From contig CAXAGT010000001.1 in NCBI GenBank assembly GCA_963968885.1, positions 5,861-69,860 of the forward strand: a stretch of 64,000 nucleotides of DNA, written 5' to 3'. Positions within the stretch are counted from its first letter, which is position 1. Every line of letters starts with the position of its first letter. Both the position numbers and the translations under genes were made by a program. This DNA comes from an uncultured Candidatus Poseidoniales archaeon. GTDB taxonomy: Archaea; Thermoplasmatota; Poseidoniia; Poseidoniales; Poseidoniaceae. Below are positions 1-9,134 of the stretch, in pieces. Below the pieces are notes generated by a model, which worked only from the letters and a program-made list of their open reading frames with translations, did no database searches and was not told where the DNA came from.

Positions 1-89
1 ACTACCAAAAGAAGAGGCAAGGATATGCGACACTATATTCTGATCACAACAAGATATTGAAAAACTCACAATCTGAACTAACATCAATA

Positions 90-437
90 ATGTCTTTACC
101 AATTTTCGGTTTCTTGGTTATTGTTTTGGGCATACCAACTCAGATTTCTTCTGATACTACTAACATAGTCAGCCTATTTGTATATGTATGCGTACTTGCA
201 ATTGGAGTATTCTTCATTGTAAGATATGCTAATAACGAGTATGGTAACTTATTCTTTAGGATGTCTCAAGTTGAACTCAAGGCTCAACGCATTGAACTTG
301 ATCTAACCGACCCCGCAGCCCTGCTAGCAGATATCGCTGATGAGGGGATCGACTTGTCTTCAATATTGGGAGAGGCTAGTGAAGCCGTCCAAGAAGAAGC
401 TAGTAATGAATCACCGGAGGTAGTTGAAAATGTCTGA
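90..437 (+). CDS. Small membrane protein with two predicted TM helices and an acidic C-terminal tail; first gene of the archaellum locus (ORF-track start is TTG 57)
   Basis: Hydrophobic segments LPIFGFLVIVLGIP and IVSLFVYVCVLAIGVFFIV; ATG at 90; overlaps next ORF by 14 nt (operon). Confidence 0.45.
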   Translation: MSLPIFGFLVIVLGIPTQISSDTTNIVSLFVYVCVLAIGVFFIVRYANNEYGNLFFRMSQVELKAQRIELDLTDPAALLADIADEGIDLSSILGEASEAVQEEASNESPEVVENV

Positions 438-1593
438 AGAAGAATTCGGAACAGAGGCTGAACCGGATAATGGTTCAGGCCAAGGAGAAGGTTCCGAAAC
501 CTTGTCTAGGCGTGAAAGAAGACAACTTCAAAGGCAAGAAAGAAGGGCTCAGAGAGAAATTGAGCAAGCTTTAGACATAGAGGAAACCGAAGTTGTTGAG
601 GAAGAATACGATGAAGAACAATTCGAAACTCAAGAGCAAGAAGTTGATACCTCGCTTGATGATTTGAGGGAAGCCCAACTTAGTAGCCAAGCAAGAAGAG
701 CTTCAGCCGAGAGACTCCTTGCCGCAAATAGTGGTTTGGAACGGGCTGTTGTTGACGTTGTTGAAATGGAATCAAATTCACTTATTGCAGCAGAGCAAGA
801 ACTAATGGAGGCTAAGCACCTACTAAGTTCACATAAACTTCGAAAGGCAAGGAAAAGCGTTGAAAGAGCCGAGAAAAATCTATCAGATTTGGAGGAAGAA
901 GTTCTCAAACTAAGAAGAACTATGGCTACACTTCACCGTTTAATTCTCGAAAAAGACATTGCTGAGTATGAAATCGAAAATATTCTTACCAGACTGAGGA
1001 ACGCTACAAGCTCTGCAGAGCACGGCAATGTCTCTAGTGCAGCAAACGAAATCGAAGTCCTTGTTGAGGAAATGATAGATGGAAATGTATCAACCCTCAA
1101 CCCGTTCTTATTCAGACATTTCTGGATGGGAGTTACCACAAGATGGCCTGCTGGAGGTGACGTTGGTGTTTTGGTTGTCAGGATTATCAATGACGGGCCG
1201 ATAACCCTTCCAGTAATGAGAATGGAGCCACCAGTTCCCGAGGGTTGGGTTTGCACACCTAGGTTCATCGATGTCCCTGCGATTAGGCCTGGTGGAAACA
1301 TGCCGGTAAAGTTTGAAATATCTGCTCAACGAAGGTACGGGGCAGATGAAGTACCGCTTTCAAGAAAATTAGGGCTGTCAACAGCATATGAAGTAAGAAC
1401 AGGTGAGGTAATGTGTACAGTAAGAGCAGAGAGTTCCTTTGAGCCTCTACATGATGTCATTATTGCCCCTTGGATTCCGCCTGGGTTCAAAGCTCCAAAG
1501 GCTCCGTTCTTTTCGAAAATTGAACCAGGTTCAGAGCCGATTATCATTCGCATGCCACTGAGCATAGATCTAGGTCCCGGAGGTGCAAGGTGA
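424..1593 (+). CDS. Acidic coiled-coil protein with C-terminal beta-rich domain; archaellum-associated candidate (FlaC/D/E- or FlaX-like position)
   Basis: E/R/Q-rich N-terminus with heptad-like stretches, no TM; immediately upstream of archaellin genes, overlapping previous gene. Confidence 0.4.
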   Translation: MKMSEEEFGTEAEPDNGSGQGEGSETLSRRERRQLQRQERRAQREIEQALDIEETEVVEEEYDEEQFETQEQEVDTSLDDLREAQLSSQARRASAERLLAANSGLERAVVDVVEMESNSLIAAEQELMEAKHLLSSHKLRKARKSVERAEKNLSDLEEEVLKLRRTMATLHRLILEKDIAEYEIENILTRLRNATSSAEHGNVSSAANEIEVLVEEMIDGNVSTLNPFLFRHFWMGVTTRWPAGGDVGVLVVRIINDGPITLPVMRMEPPVPEGWVCTPRFIDVPAIRPGGNMPVKFEISAQRRYGADEVPLSRKLGLSTAYEVRTGEVMCTVRAESSFEPLHDVIIAPWIPPGFKAPKAPFFSKIEPGSEPIIIRMPLSIDLGPGGAR

Positions 1594-1654
1594 CCACATC
1601 ATATTCCACCCGTTTAACGGGAGGACGAGTAAAAAAAACAATGGAGGAAAAAAA

Positions 1655-2224
1655 ATGAAGAACGAAAGAAAAGAAGAAAGCGATAATCTCGCTGCAATCG
1701 GAATAGGTGCAATGATAGTTTTCATTGCGCTAATTCTAGTAGCAGCGGTTGCTGCTGCAGTTATTATTCAAACTGCAGAAAAATTGCAACAGAACGCACA
1801 AGCATCTGGTGATGACACACAAGAGCAAATGTCAACAAAAGTGACATTGATCAACGTTGTCATCGAGACCATGGACGCAGGTACAACAACTTACGAATTA
1901 TTCGTAACGTTCGAACTTGCTCCTGGTTCTGAGCCAACGCAAGGTGATGATATCGGCTACTCGGTTATCTGTGAATCAGGTGGTAACACTCAATTCGCCC
2001 AAGGTGACCTTACAGGAGCCACTGTCCACACCGGAGATGGATCAGGTGCAGCAGCTATAACATTGAACCCAGGAACAACCTACGTGTTTGTTATGGAAAT
2101 AGATGAATGTGCACCAACTGCAAACACTGACAACATCTTGTTGTTCACTGTAACAAGCGGTGGAAGCACATACGAAGAATTGCAATACGGGTCTTCCCCG
2201 TCAGTAGGAGACGTCGTTGTTTGA
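1655..2224 (+). CDS. flaB: Archaellin FlaB/ArlB, paralog 1 (class III signal peptide)
   Basis: N-terminus MKNERK...AAIGIGAMIVFIALILVAAVAAAVIIQTAEKLQ is the canonical prearchaellin signal plus hydrophobic helix; GGAGG 7 nt upstream of ATG 1655 (ORF-track start 1583 is a long upstream extension, unlikely). Confidence 0.85.
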   Translation: MKNERKEESDNLAAIGIGAMIVFIALILVAAVAAAVIIQTAEKLQQNAQASGDDTQEQMSTKVTLINVVIETMDAGTTTYELFVTFELAPGSEPTQGDDIGYSVICESGGNTQFAQGDLTGATVHTGDGSGAAAITLNPGTTYVFVMEIDECAPTANTDNILLFTVTSGGSTYEELQYGSSPSVGDVVV

Positions 2225-2234
2225 GGTGATTAAA

Positions 2235-2855
2235 ATGAAGAATACAAATCAAGAATATAACATAAAAGAAGACAAGATAGCAGCAATTGGTATCGGCGCA
2301 ATGATCGTTTTCATCGCTCTGATTCTAGTTGCAGCAGTAGCAGCAGCGGTAATTATTCAAACTGCTGAAAAGTTACAACAGAATGCACAATCAACTGGTG
2401 ATGACACTACTGATGAAATGTCTGGTAAGGTCCAAATCCTCAACGTTTTCGTTGACGACCCTGCTGACTCATATGTAGTTTATTTCCGTCTTGCAGCTGG
2501 ATCTGATGATACTGCTGATGTAGACGTTCTATGGCAGATTTTCTGTGAAGACCCTGATGGTGGCGGCGGTGGAAACGCTGTAACCGACAGACTTGCAGGA
2601 AACTTCCGTCCGGGTGGAGCGGATTCAATTATCCCTCTATCATCTGAGGCAGGAACTGCTACAGACACTGCAGAAGCTGGTGTTTCATACAGAATCTCAC
2701 TAGATGCTAACGATGGTGTCGATCAAGATTGTAGCCCATCCCACCTATTCAACGAGAATATCAAGGCATCCTTGTACATTCACGTTGTTGGTGGCGGTTC
2801 TACTTACGATATCCTGAAAGTTAACGACGATTCCCGTGGAGCAGTAGTTGTCTGA
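2235..2855 (+). CDS. flaB: Archaellin FlaB/ArlB, paralog 2
   Basis: MKNTNQ...IAAIGIGAMIVFIALILVAAVAAAVIIQTAEKLQQNAQ; GAGGTGA upstream of ATG 2235; near-identical 5' region to paralog 1. Confidence 0.85.
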   Translation: MKNTNQEYNIKEDKIAAIGIGAMIVFIALILVAAVAAAVIIQTAEKLQQNAQSTGDDTTDEMSGKVQILNVFVDDPADSYVVYFRLAAGSDDTADVDVLWQIFCEDPDGGGGGNAVTDRLAGNFRPGGADSIIPLSSEAGTATDTAEAGVSYRISLDANDGVDQDCSPSHLFNENIKASLYIHVVGGGSTYDILKVNDDSRGAVVV

Positions 2856-2905
2856 TTGGGTACCCATTGCCAATTTTTGGCGTTTGGGTATACAGGAGGA
2901 ATACA

Positions 2906-3748
2906 ATGGCTTCGCGCTTTTTAGATAAAGCGGGGAAGGGATTTGACGAGGATGCGGAAACAACCGTAGCACATTTGGAAATACTTGCAAATGTAGATAT
3001 CGAAAAGGTCCCGTTCCCTGAACAGGGAGAACTTAGCGAAGAAGATGCATGGACAATATCGCCCAGCCCAACAAGGGCTAGGATGAATAGTATTGGAAGC
3101 GTTCCTAGCGTTACCACTACAATTGCTCCAGCACAAGTTCAAGTTCAAGCTCCCGCTGTTGACACAAGCGGTCTGGAGAGAATGATCTCTTCTAGACTTG
3201 ATATGGTGGAAGATGTTCTAAGAATGGTTGAATCCAAGGTTGAGCACGGGCTACCGATGCCTGGAGATCTCAATTCTGGAGAAATTATTGGTGAGAATAC
3301 TGAACTTCCAGAGGGCGCTATGCCTGATGATGTCCTCGTAACCGCTGATGGGCAGATGATAGAGGTTTCAAGCGGAGTTGATCGGCTGATGGTTGAAGAC
3401 GAAGTACCTCTTTTGGAGTTGTACGAAGCCCAAGCATTAGCGGCTAACCCATTCTTAATCGCACCAGATTCAGGACTCGGTGACCAAACCAATGTTGGTG
3501 CTCCAACAATAGCTGCACTACTTCTAGACAATATATCTGGAAGAGCTGCTGTAGGTTTTACGCAGAAAGCAATGGACGTTGGAATGTTGACGCAAGAGGA
3601 GGGCTCCCAAGTCCTCGCAATTGTACAATTAGCAGCACCCGGTGATGCTACCGCAGCGTTGGATGACCACCTTAAAGATAGAGATTTACTAAGATTTTCA
3701 GCCCTTGTTAGTCAATGGAGAAAATCCTCAAAACCTAGAGGTGAATGA
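2906..3748 (+). CDS. Acidic hypothetical protein in the FlaC/D/E / FlaX position of the archaellum operon
   Basis: AGGAGG 6 nt upstream of ATG 2906; no TM; lies between archaellins and FlaG/F genes. Confidence 0.4.
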   Translation: MASRFLDKAGKGFDEDAETTVAHLEILANVDIEKVPFPEQGELSEEDAWTISPSPTRARMNSIGSVPSVTTTIAPAQVQVQAPAVDTSGLERMISSRLDMVEDVLRMVESKVEHGLPMPGDLNSGEIIGENTELPEGAMPDDVLVTADGQMIEVSSGVDRLMVEDEVPLLELYEAQALAANPFLIAPDSGLGDQTNVGAPTIAALLLDNISGRAAVGFTQKAMDVGMLTQEEGSQVLAIVQLAAPGDATAALDDHLKDRDLLRFSALVSQWRKSSKPRGE

Positions 3749-3749
3749 T

Positions 3750-4382
3750 TTGGGAGCCTCGGTTGGTATTGGTGGTCTAGTAATGGGGACTTCGTTACTC
3801 GTAGTCTGCGCTGTTGCGCTAACAACGATTAGTTCCCAACTAGACACTTCGATAGAAGTTATCGAATCAACCGAGCAAAAGACGCCTGAATTTGAATTAG
3901 TTGATATTAACTATTCATCCAGGGCAATTCTCTCAGTCGTAATAACAGACGCTGGAACCGGATATACTAATGGAACTATTAGTGCAACAACTGGTAGTTT
4001 TTCTGCTACATTTTCCGTGAACAGTACTGGATCAATAATTAGCATAGATATTGTGGATAGGGGAAATTACTCGTCCTCTCCAACTCTTGTTGTGGATACC
4101 CCTAATCCCGGCGTGAACGCTAGTTTCACAATATCTTCTGGTAATTATATTGAATTTGAGTTATTGAATTCAGGATCTGAGATAATGGAATTAAACAACA
4201 CTTGGATTTTCCTTAACGGAACTGAACCATATAATCTTGGTTCCCTTTACACGCCTAGCATATCATCTTGGAATTGGTATCAAGGGGAAACAATTCAGGT
4301 ACAAATGACTCCAATATCTTCGCAATGGTATGATCGAATATCATTTAGTACAATGGGATATAATTTAGCGGCTAATATTTGA
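3750..4382 (+). CDS. FlaG/FlaF-family archaellum protein (N-terminal TM helix plus beta-sandwich-like domain)
   Basis: N-terminal GASVGIGGLVMGTSLLVVCAVALTTI hydrophobic segment; Ser/Thr/Asn-rich extracellular-like domain with several N-x-S/T sequons; GAGGTGA then TTG 3750 (ORF track starts at TTG 3705). Confidence 0.55.
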   Translation: MGASVGIGGLVMGTSLLVVCAVALTTISSQLDTSIEVIESTEQKTPEFELVDINYSSRAILSVVITDAGTGYTNGTISATTGSFSATFSVNSTGSIISIDIVDRGNYSSSPTLVVDTPNPGVNASFTISSGNYIEFELLNSGSEIMELNNTWIFLNGTEPYNLGSLYTPSISSWNWYQGETIQVQMTPISSQWYDRISFSTMGYNLAANI

Positions 4383-4391
4383 GGTGAATTA

Positions 4392-4883
4392 ATGGCAGAC
4401 GGTGGCTCATCAACTTTCATTATGCTGGTTACAGCATTATTGGTAAGTGGTACGGTAAGTACTTTTTTGATAAGCGAATGGAATCAATTTGCTAGGGATG
4501 CGACAGAATCTAGAAAAGCGATGGTAGCAAATTCAGAAACTGGTTGTGAATTAATTGGAGACTTCTCGAGAGTCCCGTATGACACTACAGACCAAGAAAT
4601 CACTGTTTTCATTCAAAACACTGACAAGAGAGTTCTTGACTCATCTGGATTAGTAGTTATTGTTGATGGTGAACAGCGCTCTGCAAATTTGACATCAACA
4701 ATTAGCCCAGCAGGGGATTGGCAAAAAGGATCAATCGCAGAAGTGGTAATTGAAGGTCCATCTTCATGGTCTTATTCTGATGGAGATGATGTTTCCCTGT
4801 CAATAGTTTGTTCTTCTGAATTCAGCAATGGCGTTAGAGGAACTGATACAATTAATCAGGAGGTGAGATTAGATGCTGTCTAG
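4392..4883 (+). CDS. FlaF/FlaG-family archaellum protein
   Basis: N-terminal TM FIMLVTALLVSGTVSTFLI; about 160 aa; GAGGTGA upstream; position in operon before flaH. Confidence 0.6.
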   Translation: MADGGSSTFIMLVTALLVSGTVSTFLISEWNQFARDATESRKAMVANSETGCELIGDFSRVPYDTTDQEITVFIQNTDKRVLDSSGLVVIVDGEQRSANLTSTISPAGDWQKGSIAEVVIEGPSSWSYSDGDDVSLSIVCSSEFSNGVRGTDTINQEVRLDAV

Positions 4884-5595
4884 CGATGATTTACCTGTCC
4901 CGGTTGAGGATGGTTTCCCCTACGAAGTAGAAACAGATTCCTTGGCTGATTCTATGGGTGCTAGACTCCCTAATCGCTCTCTAATGCTATTACAAGGTTC
5001 TGTGGGTGGAGGAAAATCAATTATCTCTCAGAGGCTTGTTCATGGCTTACTTCACAATGGCGCTAAAATTCTAGTAGTCACCACAGAATTGACTACAAGA
5101 GGCTACATAGAGCAAATGGAAAGCGTCGGTTACGGAATAACATCATTCCTTGCCTCTGGGCAATTGACAATATTTTCTCGCTTCGGAACAGTAGCTGAGT
5201 CAAAGTCAGATGTTACATTGACCGATGTTCTTGATTCTCCTGCAATAAAGTATGCAGACATAGTTGTATTTGATTCTGCATCTTCACTGATGCCTGATAT
5301 AGAAACGAATGAAGAGAGATTCAAGATAATGAAGAGACTTAGAGAAGAGGTTTCAACCGGCAGGTCGTTTTTGTTATGTATTGATCCGGATGCTATGGAC
5401 ACTAAATTACTCCACGCATTGAGAGAATCTGCTGAAGTAGTTCTTGATTTATTGACTAATCTAATCGGTGGGACATTGAATCGAACAATATTGGTTACAA
5501 GGTTTTTGAGAGCAGCAGGTCCTGTTCAGTCAACAATTGGCTGGAGAGTAGAGCCTGGAATGGGATTCATCGTAGATATTACCGCCGTGAGCTGA
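4873..5595 (+). CDS. flaH: Archaellum ATP-binding protein FlaH/ArlH (KaiC/RecA-like)
   Basis: Walker A GSVGGGKS, about 240 aa, between FlaF and FlaI; AGGAGGTGA upstream. Confidence 0.8.
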   Translation: MLSSDDLPVPVEDGFPYEVETDSLADSMGARLPNRSLMLLQGSVGGGKSIISQRLVHGLLHNGAKILVVTTELTTRGYIEQMESVGYGITSFLASGQLTIFSRFGTVAESKSDVTLTDVLDSPAIKYADIVVFDSASSLMPDIETNEERFKIMKRLREEVSTGRSFLLCIDPDAMDTKLLHALRESAEVVLDLLTNLIGGTLNRTILVTRFLRAAGPVQSTIGWRVEPGMGFIVDITAVS

Positions 5596-5605
5596 GGTGT
5601 AAATT

Positions 5606-7318
5606 ATGGTTGATGATGGTGGATTTGCGAAAGGAGACTTGGCAGGAGTCATGTCAAAGCATCCACACGTAGAAAAGTGGGTCCAAGACTTTGAAGCAAG
5701 ATATGGTACAAGGCCAGAATATTATGGTCCACTTGATCGAGATGCAAAAAAGCAGAGACCATTCAACTTAATCTACATAACAAAAGAACCGATTTTTGTT
5801 CACATTTACGAACCTCCAAAAGATGAAGAAGGTGGAGGACAAGTCCTGTGGTTTGGTCTGGAGCCTCAACTAACCGAGGAAGAAGAGAATATTCGCAGAG
5901 ATTTAGTTGAAGTATTACTTCAAGAAGCACCAACTGCTCCATCTTTCACCACTGATGATGAATTCGAAAACATTCTCAGTCAAATGATAGATAGGCATAC
6001 TGTATTAGACACAGAGGTAGTTGGACCAAGAAGACAAGGAAGACTCTGGTCAATGGTTGGAATGGAAGACAGAAGACTCACTGTATCTGAGAAGCAAAAA
6101 AATCGACTGAATTATATTATCATAAGAGATTTGATTCGCAACGGTCCTCTTGAACCATTGTTGAGCGATGAGATGCTCGAAGATATTCACTCCGTAGGAT
6201 TGAAACATATTCACATGGATCACAAGGTATTCGGAATGGTTACCTCCAACATAAGGTTTAGAGAACGTGATTTACTTGCGAAATTCCTTCGAGCAATGTC
6301 AGAGAGAATTGGACGACCTGTTTCCGATAACAAACCAATTATTGATGGCGCATTACTAGATGGTTCACGTATCAACATCGTTTTCTCAGATGACGTTTCC
6401 ATGCTTGGTCCATCTTTCACAATCAGAAAATTCGCTGAGGAGACAATCTCAATAACTCAACTAATTCAATGGGGAACTATTTCCTCACAACTGGCAGCAT
6501 ACATTTGGATTTGTTTGGAATATGGTATGTCCGTGCTCGTTTCTGGTGAGACAGCATCTGGTAAAACTACAACGCTGAATGCGATTCTCCCATTTATTGA
6601 TCACAATGTAAAAATTTATTCTGCTGAAGATACTCCTGAAGTAAAAGTTAGGCACAAAATCTGGCAGAGATTAGTAACTAGAGATTCCAAAAATGAGGAC
6701 TCAAGAGTTGAAATGTTCGACTTGCTGAAGGCTGCTTTAAGGAGCCGTCCTCGATACATTATCATCGGTGAGATCAGAGGTGTTGAAGGTGCTACTGCTT
6801 TCCAGGCTATGCAAACAGGTCACCCAGTAATCGCTACTTTCCACGCATCTTCGATTGTTAAGATGATTCAAAGATTTACAGGTGATCCTATCAATGTTCC
6901 AATTCGTTTCTTTGACAACCTGAATTTTGCAATTTTCCAAGAAGTTGTCGAAGCACCTGGTGGAGGAATTGCTCGTAGAGTGACAGGAATTGATGAGGTA
7001 ATTGGATACAATAAGCATTCGGATGGTGTTCTAACCAGAGGAATGTTCGAATGGGATCCTGTGAAGGACAAGCATTACTTCCGTGGTATGTTCCAGTCTC
7101 ATCTTCTTGAAAATAAAATTGCGGCGATGGCTGGATTTTCGAACAAGAGAGACATTTACGATGACATGATGAAAAGGGCTGAGGCAATCCAAAGGATGGT
7201 CGATAGAGGTTTAACTCATTACGATGATGTGTTTGATTTACTGGGTATTTACTACAACAGTGGTTTTGAAATGTTCAGTAGTGCTATCGATTCATGGGTC
7301 GGGATTAATCAAGACTGA
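5606..7318 (+). CDS. flaI: Archaellum motor ATPase FlaI/ArlI (type II/IV secretion ATPase family)
   Basis: Walker A VSGETASGKTTTLNAIL, IIIGEIRG, 570 aa. Confidence 0.9.
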   Translation: MVDDGGFAKGDLAGVMSKHPHVEKWVQDFEARYGTRPEYYGPLDRDAKKQRPFNLIYITKEPIFVHIYEPPKDEEGGGQVLWFGLEPQLTEEEENIRRDLVEVLLQEAPTAPSFTTDDEFENILSQMIDRHTVLDTEVVGPRRQGRLWSMVGMEDRRLTVSEKQKNRLNYIIIRDLIRNGPLEPLLSDEMLEDIHSVGLKHIHMDHKVFGMVTSNIRFRERDLLAKFLRAMSERIGRPVSDNKPIIDGALLDGSRINIVFSDDVSMLGPSFTIRKFAEETISITQLIQWGTISSQLAAYIWICLEYGMSVLVSGETASGKTTTLNAILPFIDHNVKIYSAEDTPEVKVRHKIWQRLVTRDSKNEDSRVEMFDLLKAALRSRPRYIIIGEIRGVEGATAFQAMQTGHPVIATFHASSIVKMIQRFTGDPINVPIRFFDNLNFAIFQEVVEAPGGGIARRVTGIDEVIGYNKHSDGVLTRGMFEWDPVKDKHYFRGMFQSHLLENKIAAMAGFSNKRDIYDDMMKRAEAIQRMVDRGLTHYDDVFDLLGIYYNSGFEMFSSAIDSWVGINQD

Positions 7319-7328
7319 GGTGAATTGA

Positions 7329-9134
7329 TTGGAGAGAATGGCAGATTGGCAAATCGCCTTAAGGCGAATTGAAATGCCATTTCCCAGATACATTTTACTC
7401 TACGTTATACCAGCAGCATTCGCTGGTTTTATCACTTCTTTAGTACTGATATTTTCTTCAGGAGGATTTGCAGAGGGCGCTTTATTTTCTGGCGTAGCAG
7501 GGATTCTACTATTGGTGATGTTACCTTTTTTGTTGGGCGGTTCTGCCCTAGGCTACCCCTTGCTTGAGGTTCAGCGTAGCGCAGTAAAAATCGAGAAAGA
7601 GATGCATATGTTCATCACTAGGATGGGTATTTTGTCCCTTGGTGAGGTTGGCGCACAATCAATGTTCGACATCCTCAAACAAATGAGTGATTATGGTGAA
7701 TTAGCAAATGAGGTAAAGAGGATTGAAATTCTCGTAGATAGATGGAATACCTCACTTCCTGAAGCATCTAGAATTGTTGCTCAGCAATCTCCCTCTCCAT
7801 TGTGGGCAGATTTTTTGGACAGGATGGCTTTCTCTATTGAAGCAGGTCAACCAATCGATGAGTTCATGAGAGCTGAGCAAGAAACTATCGCAGAACAATA
7901 CGATACACTCTACGATACAAGGTTGGAAAGCGTTGACAATATGAAGGAAATCTATGTGTCATTGGTCAGTGCTGGATTATTTGGTTTAGTCATTTCCGGA
8001 ATACACCTTGTTTTATTCGAAATTGGTAGCCTTGATGATCCACCAATCGTAATAGCTAGTAGGCTTAGATTCCTATTACTTGCAGGATTACTTTTCACCA
8101 CCGTGCAAATAATCGCAGTTTTTGCTTTCAGGGCAACAATTCCTGATGATCAGACCTTCGCTAGAGATGATTTTGATACACCTTACAGAGTTTTACAAAC
8201 TAAGATGCTAATCTTTTCAACTATAGCAACAGTGTTTATGGTTGGATTGACTACTTTGTTTGTAATAATTGCATGGGATGCAATTGCTCCATCTTGGGAT
8301 AAGTGGGGATTGCTTTTGATAGCTATACCACTTTCTCCAATGTTGGTTCCCGCAGTTTTTGTTTCAAGGGAAGAAAGTAAGGTTCTTCGCCGAGATGAAA
8401 CCTATCCTGATTTTATTCGTGCATTGGGCGGTACTGCACAAGCAAGGTCGGCAGAACCTGTTGCTACAATCAAAGCTCTGAGAGGAATTGATTTCGGTGT
8501 TTTAGATCCGAGTATTGATCGTCTTGAAAGGAGGCTTGCTACGAGAATTGATTCAGATAGGGCATGGGATTATTTCAACGCAGACACCAACTCAGCGGTT
8601 ATTTCAAGATATACAAGAATATACATCGAAGGTTCACAATCATCTGGTCAACCTGCCTCAACTGCAGAAATGGTATCAAGATCTGTAGGTAGTCTGCTTT
8701 CTTTGAGAAATAGGCGTTCACTATCTGCGAAAACAATGTGGGGAGTTGCATTAGGTTTACTGATAGCAAGCGTAACCTCATTGAACGTAACTATCTCTAT
8801 TGTTCTTCAACTGGGAGAGGCAATAGCAGGTGTTGCAACAGGTCTCACTGAGTCAACTGATACCTCTGAATTAACATCATTTGGAGCGGGAGTTGCACTT
8901 CCAGTAATGGAAAACCCTGAGGTTGTCCCACAAAACATTAAGCTTTTCAAAATTGTTTCCTCAATCTTGATTATGATTCAAATCGCGGCGGTCTCATTGA
9001 TTGCCACCAGATTGCGTGGTGGAGGATTCACCAGCGCCATGGGTCAAATGATTCAGTTACTTTGGGTAGCAGGGATTGCTTCCTTCGTTACTGCAGTCAT
9101 ACTAGAAAGAACAAGCGGAATCTTTGGAATTTAG
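7329..9134 (+). CDS. flaJ: Archaellum membrane platform protein FlaJ/ArlJ
   Basis: About 600 aa polytopic membrane protein (two GspF/TadC-like halves) directly after FlaI. Confidence 0.8.
   Translation: MERMADWQIALRRIEMPFPRYILLYVIPAAFAGFITSLVLIFSSGGFAEGALFSGVAGILLLVMLPFLLGGSALGYPLLEVQRSAVKIEKEMHMFITRMGILSLGEVGAQSMFDILKQMSDYGELANEVKRIEILVDRWNTSLPEASRIVAQQSPSPLWADFLDRMAFSIEAGQPIDEFMRAEQETIAEQYDTLYDTRLESVDNMKEIYVSLVSAGLFGLVISGIHLVLFEIGSLDDPPIVIASRLRFLLLAGLLFTTVQIIAVFAFRATIPDDQTFARDDFDTPYRVLQTKMLIFSTIATVFMVGLTTLFVIIAWDAIAPSWDKWGLLLIAIPLSPMLVPAVFVSREESKVLRRDETYPDFIRALGGTAQARSAEPVATIKALRGIDFGVLDPSIDRLERRLATRIDSDRAWDYFNADTNSAVISRYTRIYIEGSQSSGQPASTAEMVSRSVGSLLSLRNRRSLSAKTMWGVALGLLIASVTSLNVTISIVLQLGEAIAGVATGLTESTDTSELTSFGAGVALPVMENPEVVPQNIKLFKIVSSILIMIQIAAVSLIATRLRGGGFTSAMGQMIQLLWVAGIASFVTAVILERTSGIFGI

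Noticed and set aside
630-1565. Multiple antisense ORFs (60-130 aa) inside the 389-aa gene, and similar short antisense ORFs throughout (e.g. 2440-3148, 6220-7187, 35193-35930, 44855-45474)
   Set aside because: They are low-complexity or biased-composition translations fully overlapped by better-supported genes on the opposite strand, with no motifs and no SD/ATG context. Treated as spurious.
1583-1654. 24-codon upstream extension of FlaB1 in the ORF track, and a tiny uORF (ATG 1641, MEEKK*, TGA overlapping the flaB ATG)
   Set aside because: The GGAGG at 1643-1647 is perfectly spaced for ATG 1655 and the archaellin signal peptide starts there. The apparent uORF ATG is part of the SD (aATGGAGG) and is most likely incidental.
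1631-1655. Two A8 homopolymer tracts flanking the flaB1 SD as possible phase-variation slippage sites
   Set aside because: Tracts are upstream of/at the start codon rather than in-frame coding sequence. There is no evidence of slippage-based regulation in archaea from sequence alone. Kept only as a note.
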